DNA of 64,000 nt. Source: Meyerozyma guilliermondii (lineage: Eukaryota). This document shows, piece after piece, positions 41,942 to 51,258 of the stretch. The position numbers and the translations under genes were made by a program. The DNA lies in the NCBI GenBank assembly GCA_051546255.1, contig CP128820.1:806001-870000 (forward strand), written 5' to 3'. The first letter of the stretch is position 1, and the number at the start of each line of letters is the position of its first letter. The notes beneath the pieces are model-generated. The model had not been told where the DNA came from, searched no databases, and saw only the letters and a list, made by a program, of their open reading frames with translations.

Positions 41942-43183
41942 ATGTCTCAGGAGCCTGACTTGTTATCCCCTAGCATGTCGGCCAATTACAAGAGAAGAAG
42001 AGGATCCTCCGTTGGAAAAATTAATCTAGGTGATACTTCGCCTGCTCTTGCTACTATGTACCGTTCAAAAGCGCAACGGTCAAAGTCGAGCGACAGAATA
42101 ATGGAGTTGTCGAGAGAAAGCAAGTCGGATTTGGCTATCTTGAGAAAGATGTACGTGGGTTTCATTGAGCTTACATATAGGCACACGTGGATCGTTCCTT
42201 TCATCATTTTGTCGGTGTTTTTTAGTGCTTTCTTCTTGTCAGGGCCAGGTACCCGAGTACACAATTTCTTGGACGCATGCATTGTATTAGCCTACCATAT
42301 TCCTGGAACAGATCAATATGGAAAGGGTGAAAACGACTTTTATTTTGTGGGCTTTTACGCCATTTTTTTCATATTTTTGCGTGAGTTCATGATGTGTGTT
42401 GTCTTGCGTCCGCTTGCAACTTTCGCCGGAATGAAAAAAGAAGGAAAAAAGAAGAGGTTCATGGAACAAGCCTACGCATTGTTTTATTACGGTGTCTCCG
42501 GTCCGTTTGGTTTGTGGATCATGCACGGTTTACCTCTTTGGTTTTTTGAAACTACTCCATTTTACACCAACTACCCTCATAAGACCCATGACTACTATTT
42601 CAAGGTTTTCTATTTGGGTCAAGCAGCATTTTGGGTACAGCAATGTATCGTACTCATTTTACAATTGGAAAAGCCTCGCAAAGACTTTTACGAGCTTGTG
42701 TTGCATCACATTATCACAATTGCGTTGATCTGGTGCTCGTATAGATTTCATTTTACTTGGATGGGAATAGAAGTCTTCGTTACCATGGATGTGTCTGATT
42801 TCTTTTTAGCAGCTTCGAAGACATTAAACTATTTGGACTCTCCTACAACTGGCCCCTTCATGGTTGTTTTCGTTGCTGTTTGGGTATACTTGAGACATTA
42901 TGTGAACTTGAAGATCTTGTGGTCCGTTTTGACTGAATTCAGAACCGTTGGTGAGTGGGAATTAAATTGGGACACTCAACAATACAAGTGTTGGATTTCT
43001 CAACCAATTGTTTTTGGATTGATTGGCGCTTTACAGATTGTGAACATTTATTGGCTCTTCTTGATCATCAGAATCATGTACAGATATGTGGCTGCTGGTG
43101 TGGCAAAGGATGAAAGAAGTGACGACGAAGACGAGGAGAGTGATAGCCAGGAAGAAATAGCGAAGACCAAAAAGGAAGAATAA
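41942..43183 (+). CDS. LAG1: Ceramide synthase Lag1/Lac1 type
   Basis: RRRGSSVGKINLGDT, Lag1 motif RKDFYELVLHHIIT...MDVSDFFL and DERSDDE. Divergent from HSE1, as in S. cerevisiae. Confidence 0.92.
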   Translation: MSQEPDLLSPSMSANYKRRRGSSVGKINLGDTSPALATMYRSKAQRSKSSDRIMELSRESKSDLAILRKMYVGFIELTYRHTWIVPFIILSVFFSAFFLSGPGTRVHNFLDACIVLAYHIPGTDQYGKGENDFYFVGFYAIFFIFLREFMMCVVLRPLATFAGMKKEGKKKRFMEQAYALFYYGVSGPFGLWIMHGLPLWFFETTPFYTNYPHKTHDYYFKVFYLGQAAFWVQQCIVLILQLEKPRKDFYELVLHHIITIALIWCSYRFHFTWMGIEVFVTMDVSDFFLAASKTLNYLDSPTTGPFMVVFVAVWVYLRHYVNLKILWSVLTEFRTVGEWELNWDTQQYKCWISQPIVFGLIGALQIVNIYWLFLIIRIMYRYVAAGVAKDERSDDEDEESDSQEEIAKTKKEE

Positions 43184-43651
43184 ACTTTATTTACACCAAC
43201 CGTTGTTCATCGAATTCAAGTTTAGGCGAATCGATGATGGTCTTGTCCGATTGAGAAAAAGCCTACAACTATCACTACACTAATTTTTAATACTTAATAT
43301 CTAGGTTAACCCCTAATGCAAATGTTTAATACGAGGACCTGACATCTTACCCCCTTCAAGTTAAAATGCAGCCATAAAGTCGTCTAGCTGTTTGCAAAGA
43401 TTATTTTTTTTAGTATTTAGCTAAATCCTAATAATAATATCAAAGTTACAAAGATACCTTAATCATATTAAGATGCGGAGGCTTTACCTGATTTCCCTTA
43501 AGGAACAAATGACATAAAAGCCCCGGCCATTCATATTGGTCCAAGCCCTCGCAGTCACAAATGTGGTGATCAAGCACATTGTGATAGCATCGAGTTCGGT
43601 CTCAAGTATGATAGGCCCAGCTTTGTTGCAACTCAGGCAGTGCTCCGGGTA

Positions 43652-44892
43652 TCAATGTATCTTATGACTCCGGAAAAGCTTACCCCAAATATGCTCACGA
43701 CGCTTTGGTTTTGGTTCAGAGTTAACGGAATCTTTGGAGCTAGCTCCAAGTATACCTCGGACAGCGTCATTAACTCGCTTAGCAATACACCTCGAGGAGC
43801 TTCCTAATTTTTTCCCGAACAGCTTCACTCTTCTCGCCATTCTTCTGAGTATTGAAGGATTTTTTGTTTCGTAAATGGCATATTCCTTGATGGAGGGATC
43901 TGGGTTTGGGAGAGCGACTCTAACCTTTTTCTTCTCTTTCGGTATGTCAACCTTGTATCTCCTCACCGAAGATTTAAGTGGCTTGAGTGATGGTGCGGGT
44001 GGTTGATGAGGTGCGTTAGCCCGCTTATAAGACTTCAAAGTCTCAGCAAGTAATTCGAGAAGATCTCGCACAATTTCAAAATATCCTCCTCGCTCAAACA
44101 AAGCTTCTAGTATCTCGAGACATCTGCCTTGACCATGTCTTCATGAGACTCTATATTTCTTGCTAGACGATTCAGGACTTTTTCGAGTTTGCGATATAAA
44201 GACCGCTTTAGTGTTGCAGCCAGTACAGGGCAGCCATTACCACGTAATTCCTTAATTCGAAGTAACCTGTGTTCAACTGCTGCTATTGATGGTGAGCAAT
44301 GAGCATAACTTTCAACAATCCTGAGGATCTTTTTGTGACATTTCAGACGCAATTTACGCTGTAAAATGAGCCATTCCTCAGGATTTTCGGAACGATCCTC
44401 TCCATTGAACTTGAAACCAATGGGAACTAATGCCATACAGTCAACAGATTTAGCTGAACCTTCATTGTCAGCAAGTTTCTCAACAACAAGATTGCAAGCA
44501 GCCACAGAAGAAGTTGAACGCTCACGGATAGTTCTTCCTCCCTTCATTTGCAAATGAGCATAGTAGGCATTAAGAAAGTGAGCTCTAAGTCTAATGTCAA
44601 CTTTCTCAATTGAGTTTGCGTTGCATAAAAGATGGTGAACAGGAGACGTAGCCATATGCACGTAAGGAGAAATCACTGCAAGTATCATGTTGGTAAGGGT
44701 CCTGCTAATGTAGTCTGCAACACCCATACTTCCTATACTGCCTGGATTCAACTGCCCAAGTGTTTTGGCCAAGACTGTCATCTCGCGCACAAATAGATTT
44801 AAATCTATTTGAAGGGCCCAAAGGTCCCTGAGGACGCTCCAAAGACCAGTTTGCTTGGCGATTGATTGAAGTTGAATGCTGAATGAATTCAT
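43652..44892 (-). pseudogene. Orphan basic-protein gene split by a one-base frameshift near 44110-44140 (pseudogene, sequencing error or recoding)
   Basis: The upstream ORF (ATG 44892) stops at 44107. The downstream frame is open from 44140 to 43652 with no ATG near its 5' end. TATATAAA lies near 45050. Confidence 0.5.
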
Positions 44893-45359
44893 TGAATCTT
44901 TAAGGTACTTTTTGGGTTTTATTTCAGAAATTGAAATGATAATACCTTTATGATATGAAGAAGCGAGTACAAACGAGCCAATTGGTCTTTTATACTGCGG
45001 ACACAAACACAAACAGCCCTTGCGTGAGCTCACGTAATTCTTATCTTTATATAAAGAGGACGAATTCATGTCCCTTTCATCAACCCATTAGTCACCTTTG
45101 TTTCCGACCAATCTTTCACGTCTTTCAAAGAGGATAACGTCTTTAGACAGGGAAGTACCGTGCAAATGACTCTCATGCTGGCCCCAAATTTCAATAAGAG
45201 GAGAACTGGCCATCAACTCATAGTGGGTATATTTTCTCTTGATGTGAGCTGCAAAATATAGCTTCTGATCCGATTTGAAGCGTGGTGAGGGAAGATCTCA
45301 ATCGGTATGCAGGTATTTCTTCACTCAGACCATCCCAACTTCTATCGGAATCATATGGT

Positions 45360-45698
45360 ATGCAGATAACCATTAGTGGCAGGGAGCTACAAGACTATAG
45401 GCGTGAACACTATAGAGTGCAAGTTCCTGAAACCAAAACCGCAACGCACGAAACTCAACTGGCAATATCTACCCCTCTAGATGTATCGATAAATTCTCTG
45501 CTGCTCAGTAAAACGGATTTAATCATAGATGCAGACACAGCTGTGCCAGTGCCAATAAGTCCCGAGCAAACCGCCGAAACCATGAAATATTTAGAATTCA
45601 AGAAAGCACACGAGGAACAATTTCGCCAGGAGATCAAAGATAAAAGGTTATCACTATCACGCGGTGACGATAGCGATCAGGGAACACTTCAATACTAA
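45360..45698 (+). CDS. Small hypothetical protein (112 aa)
   Basis: ORF MQITISGRELQDYRREHY... fills the gap and converges on MRP4. No family assigned. Confidence 0.5.
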   Translation: MQITISGRELQDYRREHYRVQVPETKTATHETQLAISTPLDVSINSLLLSKTDLIIDADTAVPVPISPEQTAETMKYLEFKKAHEEQFRQEIKDKRLSLSRGDDSDQGTLQY

Positions 45699-45744
45699 TG
45701 ATATGCTATTATTTCTGTGTGATATATATACAAGCAAATTTTAA

Positions 45745-47067
45745 CTAACGGGATTGCTGCGATTGAGCAAAGGCGATCCTTTCTTCGCGACCTTCCTCAG
45801 CTGCAGTCGATAATATACCAGTCATGTACGATGAAGCTCTCGTGGAGTCATCGTTACATGGAATTGGATATGTCAAAAGAGAAGGCTCCATGTTGGTGTC
45901 ACACAAACCAATGGTTGGGATCCTCAGCTTTATACATTCGTTGATGCAGTTTCTGTTCTCCACTGGATTCAAGATGACTACGAGATCAGGCTTTAGCACG
46001 CTTGCGGCCTCATCTTCACCAATTTGTCTGTTAGTGGGTTCGTCTGCAATATCAATTTCTTGACGCTGACCGCCCCCGACTTGCTTTGATACTTCCGTAA
46101 AGTTGGTAATCGTACCTGGAATCCATCTCTTGGAAACATAATATCCATTACTTCTTTCAGCAGCCTCTTCCAATGCTCTATGCTGTTCCCAATGTTTTAA
46201 AGTACCCACATAGAGAATAATACCACCCTTTTTGGCGACTCCTTTCATGACAGAAGTAGCTCTTTTAAGAGCACTTATTGTTTCTTGAAGATCAATCAAG
46301 TGAATACCCTTATACTCACCATATATGTATGGCTGGGTCGAAGGTCTCCACATGGACTTAGCATGCCCTAAGTGACACCCTGCAGCCAATAAGCTAGCGA
46401 TGGTTACGTCATTAATCGTGTTTGGTTTCTTTACCTCATTTCTAGGAACGTAAACGTCACTCAAAGTAGACCCCAAATTTCCCGATTGGTTCAAATGAGA
46501 GAGCTGCCTCAAGTACAACTCCTGTGACGAGTACGGTCTATAATCAGGAGTGGGTTTTAAGTTTGGATAAACGTTTGTGAAAGAATTGGATGTGGTTGAC
46601 TGGATGCGCAGTGTGCTATCGTCTCGTCCTGATTGATCCACTTCGGCAGTAGCTCCTGGTACATACCATGGTTTGTTTTGAACTTCAGACGATGGCAAGT
46701 TCATACTAGCGAACATGAATTCTTCCAACTCCTCGTCAAGTTGCTTGACTTTATCTTGATCAGCGACGTTATCCAAATCATTTTGCAAAGATCTGAGTCT
46801 TTCTTCCATAAGAGTGGAAGGGGTTTTATTTAACAACAATATCTGTTCTTTTGTTTTGTCCTTTAACTCACGCAAAGCTTTGGCTTTGGCAGTAGCTTCT
46901 TCTTCCCTTGCGAGTGCTTCCATCATAGCGCGTTCCCTTAACTCACGTTGATTTATTTGTACCTCTTCTTCAGCTACCACAGAAAGCGAGGCTCGCTGAC
47001 AGCGGAAGACTGTAGACCGCGGAAGCAATGTTCTCCGCATGGAGCCAATCCTGCTGGTAGAGTACAT
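45745..47067 (-). CDS. MRP4: Mitochondrial ribosomal protein uS2m; exact start uncertain (47115, 47067 or 47040)
   Basis: LLAAGCHLGH, GIHLIDL, RWIPGTITN, KPDLVVILN and PIPCNDDS, with an Arg/Ser-rich presequence. Confidence 0.93.
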   Translation of the reverse strand: MYSTSRIGSMRRTLLPRSTVFRCQRASLSVVAEEEVQINQRELRERAMMEALAREEEATAKAKALRELKDKTKEQILLLNKTPSTLMEERLRSLQNDLDNVADQDKVKQLDEELEEFMFASMNLPSSEVQNKPWYVPGATAEVDQSGRDDSTLRIQSTTSNSFTNVYPNLKPTPDYRPYSSQELYLRQLSHLNQSGNLGSTLSDVYVPRNEVKKPNTINDVTIASLLAAGCHLGHAKSMWRPSTQPYIYGEYKGIHLIDLQETISALKRATSVMKGVAKKGGIILYVGTLKHWEQHRALEEAAERSNGYYVSKRWIPGTITNFTEVSKQVGGGQRQEIDIADEPTNRQIGEDEAASVLKPDLVVILNPVENRNCINECIKLRIPTIGLCDTNMEPSLLTYPIPCNDDSTRASSYMTGILSTAAEEGREERIAFAQSQQSR

Positions 47068-47189
47068 TGTGACAAAGCTCAAAGTGAACCGTCCTCTCGA
47101 ATTTTTTTCGCTCATGGTTTGCGCACACAAAATTCAGTCTGCAACCAATCGAGTATGGCCTTCCATTAATTGAAAGATCACAATGAATT

Positions 47190-47870
47190 ATGGTTCAATA
47201 TTCAAATCATGGCAAAAGTCTTGAACTGACTATCAGCTGGGTTGAGGAATATATTCTTGGATCGTGCGCTCATGAAAATGTTTGTTTGATAGTAGCAGGA
47301 GCGATAAAATCAGATACGAAGTATAATCTTCAAGTGCCCCGCTTGGGTTTGATGAACCAGTTTGCTACCAAAGTAAAAGTGATCTGTATCGAAAACATAA
47401 TTGAGCTCAACTCAGTATTAACAGAATGCTGCAAAATTCAAGATATGGCCACTGAAAATGATGTCTCACGTATAAGCACTGTGATTGTATTATTGGGCTT
47501 ATTTGGGCACTTCGACAGAACTCGAAGTGTGGGATATTCAAAAGATGAAGTAGGCGAAAAAGAAGAAGACGAGGAAGAAGACGTCTTAAGCGACGAAAAG
47601 AAATTCTTCTTCTTGACTAACGACCAATGTAACATCAAAACAGTGCAGGACATTTGTTATATGTTATACTTGGTTGAAAGCCGCAAAGGCTTTAAAGTAT
47701 TTGTCAACGACTATTGCAACGATGAACCTGACACAGAGGGTAAACGAGTACCCAATACGTGGAAGATATCAATTCCCATAGATGAAGAGTGGGGCCTGCC
47801 TCAGTACGAGACAGAGAGTTGCAAAATGGTGACTATGAGTACCATTCTCGAAAGGTGGATTACAATCTAG
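47190..47870 (+). CDS. Probable Shu1-like Rad51 paralogue (Shu complex subunit)
   Basis: Divergent from MRP4, where SHU1 sits in S. cerevisiae. Segments NVCLIVAG, KVKVICIENIIEL and TVIVLLGLF resemble Shu1 as I recall it. Confidence 0.55.
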   Translation: MVQYSNHGKSLELTISWVEEYILGSCAHENVCLIVAGAIKSDTKYNLQVPRLGLMNQFATKVKVICIENIIELNSVLTECCKIQDMATENDVSRISTVIVLLGLFGHFDRTRSVGYSKDEVGEKEEDEEEDVLSDEKKFFFLTNDQCNIKTVQDICYMLYLVESRKGFKVFVNDYCNDEPDTEGKRVPNTWKISIPIDEEWGLPQYETESCKMVTMSTILERWITI

Positions 47871-48506
47871 AAATATTGCCAATCATCATTTCATTGAATC
47901 ATGATCATCTCTGTGTGGTGTTGCTTTCATTATGAATTTTCGTGCCTAGCAGAGAGTATCTGTTTCGCTGCACATTTGATCTAACGAACTGGGGCCGATC
48001 CATTTCAGACAACGATCTTCCTCATTCACATTGAAGGTAATATTTACATAAACGCCATACCACAAGTGAAGTTCTAAAGATAACTAATCGAGCATGTGTT
48101 AAAATCTAATATATTTGAGTGTGTCTGATTAGATTTCTACGTCACAGAGATATTGCTGCAATATATTCACAGGTTGAGACATGAAGTTATAAGGTTGTGA
48201 AACAAAAGAAAAACATTGATATTAGCCATAGGTTATTAGTGGAAAATACAGCTTGAATCTGAACCTCCAAATGTTTCGTTTTTTGAATGTAGACTAAGTA
48301 TTCCATTTTTTCATTCCCTAAGGAAAAGAGAGAACTATCTACAGGGCGATGGGCCTTGGAAGAAACGGCAACTATGTCGTAGTAATACAAAACTTTATGT
48401 CCGTAGGGAAACAATTACTGTCACCTTTCTATGATCTGAAGATATCACATCCTTAGAGAAATTTTTGAGACCTTGATTGAGATGGAAGAAAGCACTCAAA
48501 AATTTT

Positions 48507-49211
48507 TCAAGCCTCCTTCTCAGATCCAGCGGCCTGCTCACCCTCTTCTTCGGCCTCGTCATCTAAACCTTCACCAGCTGCACCAGCTGCGCCAGCTTGA
48601 CCCAATTGACTTGCGAGAGCACTGATATCGAAGTTTTCACCTCCAGCGCCACCGCCCATTCCTTGCATCAATTGAGAGAGATCCATGCCTTCCATACCTG
48701 GCATTCCTCCCATACCTGGCATTCCTCCCATACCTGGCATACCTCCCATACCTCCCATTCCACCGGGTCCGCCGGGTCCACCAGGGCCACCCATACCCAT
48801 CATGTTGGCCATGTCGTCATCTTTTTCTTCCTCTTCATCTTGTTCGTCTTCGTCGACCCACTTGTCAAAATCGGTCTTGATATAGTGATACTTTAACTTG
48901 TCCTTGGTCAATCTTGGCCAGTATTCGTCCTTAGATTCTTTTTTCTTCAACACAAGGAAGATATGAGACCCGCTATCAAGGTTCTTACGTGACTTCTCTG
49001 TATCAATCTCATCAAAGAACTCAATTGACAAATCATAATGAGTCTCTTTGTCCAGCGAGTCAGCTGTCAACTTTAAACTAGTAGATGTCAAGTCCAACTT
49101 AGTGTTAACAGGGTCGGTCACTTCAATGGTTAAGTAGATCACATTCTTTGACTCCTCGTCAGCAGAAGAGCGTTGCGCCCACAATACAGTTGGATGAACA
49201 GTCTTGACCAT
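48507..49211 (-). CDS. SBA1: Hsp90 co-chaperone p23
   Basis: HPTVLWAQRS, YWPRLTK, IKTDFDKWVDEDEQ and a GGM-rich tail. Confidence 0.96.
   Translation of the reverse strand: MVKTVHPTVLWAQRSSADEESKNVIYLTIEVTDPVNTKLDLTSTSLKLTADSLDKETHYDLSIEFFDEIDTEKSRKNLDSGSHIFLVLKKKESKDEYWPRLTKDKLKYHYIKTDFDKWVDEDEQDEEEEKDDDMANMMGMGGPGGPGGPGGMGGMGGMPGMGGMPGMGGMPGMEGMDLSQLMQGMGGGAGGENFDISALASQLGQAGAAGAAGEGLDDEAEEEGEQAAGSEKEA
48693..48800 (-). repeat. Coding minisatellite (GGMPGM / GGP repeats) in SBA1
   Basis: 18-bp unit CATACCTGGCATTCCTCC on the plus strand, plus 9-bp GGP units. Confidence 0.85.
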
Positions 49212-49279
49212 GATAATAATTTGCCCGTGGTCTAATTACTGTATTTAAGTAGCAAGTCGCACTCTTCCAACAAGGTAAT

Positions 49280-49294
49280 TTTCTCGAACATTCT
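49280..49294. promoter_or_regulatory. Perfect heat-shock element (TTCnnGAAnnTTC) upstream of SBA1
   Basis: TTCTCGAACATTC at 49281-49293, 70 bp upstream of a chaperone gene. Confidence 0.75.
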
Positions 49295-49678
49295 ACGTGC
49301 GACGCACCACCTAAAAGATATCTTCTTCACGTTAGTAGGTCAGATACTAATGAAAGGTCTTATTATATAACAATGTGGACGAATTGAGGCACCTAGATCA
49401 TTATGTATACACCTAGTAGCTGTACTTCACCCTACGGTTAGTACACCAATCTGATTAATGGCTTTGAGGTTAGGAAGTACCGCTTTGACATGTGTCCTTG
49501 AGGCTTGTGCACCAGCGCATAGAGTATACTAAAAGAAAAAGATACTTAAATGTGTGCTCAAAGTGATGGACAACAAACTGTTTTTGCACCCTATACTTAA
49601 TTTCCGCAATCTCCCTATCAGTTATGTACAGTACCAGTCATTTCAGCACTTTATCGCTTTGCTCGAGACAAAACTGCC

Positions 49679-51037
49679 ATGATCTCGAGACTTCCTGTGG
49701 AGATACAGGTCCGTTTGCTAAAGATGGAACCCAGTAGCTCCCTAAAAATGACTAATTCCTATTTTTACATACTTTACAATGATCTATACTACGACAAGAT
49801 CATTGAGTCATTTGGCAAAAGTATAGTTCCTGTACTAATAAAAATACTTCCTTGGCTCAAGACATATATCAAAACCCTTGAAGTATTTAGATCAAAAAGC
49901 CGTCAAATAATATCCAACCGCCTTGACTTGACCGATACTGGAGTCGATTATTTAGGGATTTCTTGGGAGAATCCTTTGCATTGTCAATTCATAAAAGATT
50001 CATGGAAGTATGTTTATTCGGTGCTCAAAAACAAGCGTCTTTTTGCTGAATACTCAGATTACAAGATAGACAGACCCACTAATTATGTGTACCACCACTT
50101 TGTCGAAGTCAACCGAACCTATCTTCTTTCCTACACTAAAACAGTATGGTTGGCCGCTGGCGACTATAATCTTAATATTGGATTGGTAATTAAACATGGA
50201 AATGGATTGGGAACAACAAAATTTGAGATTGAGTACGAGTCTGAAGACGGTAAGACAGTGGCACAGACGTTTTATCCGCCTTCAAACATAAATGATATAC
50301 TTCCGAAGAAGCAATTTTGTTTCTTGAAAATTGGAGAGTTCTCAATCCCACAGAAGAAGAAACCTTCTGAGAATAAACTCTTCAAAGTAAAGTTCACCAT
50401 GGAAGAAATTGGATTATACTTGAAATCAGGTTTCAGAATATTTTTCATCGATTTATCCCAGCCTTCCATGCTCTTCAATGATTACGATTTGCTATACTAT
50501 AGCCTTATGGAAACTGACTACAAATATTTCATTAACATACCGATGAAGAATTTATACAGAGCCTTGAACTACGTGCAAAATGGTGGAAATGAAATGGCAC
50601 CTTTGTGTCCTTCAGGGTCCGTCGAGTATGGAAGTGGTGAGCCAATGGATATCTGGTCAGAATATAACCAGGAGTATCTAAATACGCACAATGCGAAGTG
50701 TGGCCACTGTACAGATGAAGAGGTAGTTCCAACAAGAACCAAAAGTATCATGGCATTTGAAAATGACACCCGTTGGTTGCAGTGTTGTGAAGATAGGTTA
50801 ATGCAATATGGCAACTTTTTCTTCAATAATAATTTGAAACGGCGCTATTTCAAGTTCAACACTGTTTATCAAAGGCGACAGTTCATAAATCGCTATGGAG
50901 ACTTCGAATTAGATTGGGAAGAAAATGCTAATGGTACTCACAAAGATGGCACTCATCAGGAACATAAAAATATTCAGCCCTACTCATATGACCTGGAAGG
51001 TATTAAGTGGAAAATACCTATCTTAGGTGAGCTTTAA
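49679..51037 (+). CDS. UCC1: F-box protein, Ucc1 (YLR224W)-like
   Basis: N-terminal F-box-like RLPVEIQVRLL...NSYFYILYN. YIKTL..FR..SRQII and FIKDSWKYVYSVL match Ucc1 segments as I recall them. Confidence 0.7.
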   Translation: MISRLPVEIQVRLLKMEPSSSLKMTNSYFYILYNDLYYDKIIESFGKSIVPVLIKILPWLKTYIKTLEVFRSKSRQIISNRLDLTDTGVDYLGISWENPLHCQFIKDSWKYVYSVLKNKRLFAEYSDYKIDRPTNYVYHHFVEVNRTYLLSYTKTVWLAAGDYNLNIGLVIKHGNGLGTTKFEIEYESEDGKTVAQTFYPPSNINDILPKKQFCFLKIGEFSIPQKKKPSENKLFKVKFTMEEIGLYLKSGFRIFFIDLSQPSMLFNDYDLLYYSLMETDYKYFINIPMKNLYRALNYVQNGGNEMAPLCPSGSVEYGSGEPMDIWSEYNQEYLNTHNAKCGHCTDEEVVPTRTKSIMAFENDTRWLQCCEDRLMQYGNFFFNNNLKRRYFKFNTVYQRRQFINRYGDFELDWEENANGTHKDGTHQEHKNIQPYSYDLEGIKWKIPILGEL

Positions 51038-51258
51038 CGATAATGATCATCACAGCCTTGATGGCTGTCAATGCGTAATGACCTCCCTAGAAACACCGCT
51101 CTATCACATAGTAATAAAGAAGGCGTGTACGGCAATCAATAATAAGTTATAGACATTTCTAAGATACGCCGCATTATCGGTTTTTGCAGCTGTATCTTAA
51201 TCAGTAATCTCCTGCATATCATGCATTAGGTTGAATTTCTGAATGTAGTTGTTACCAC

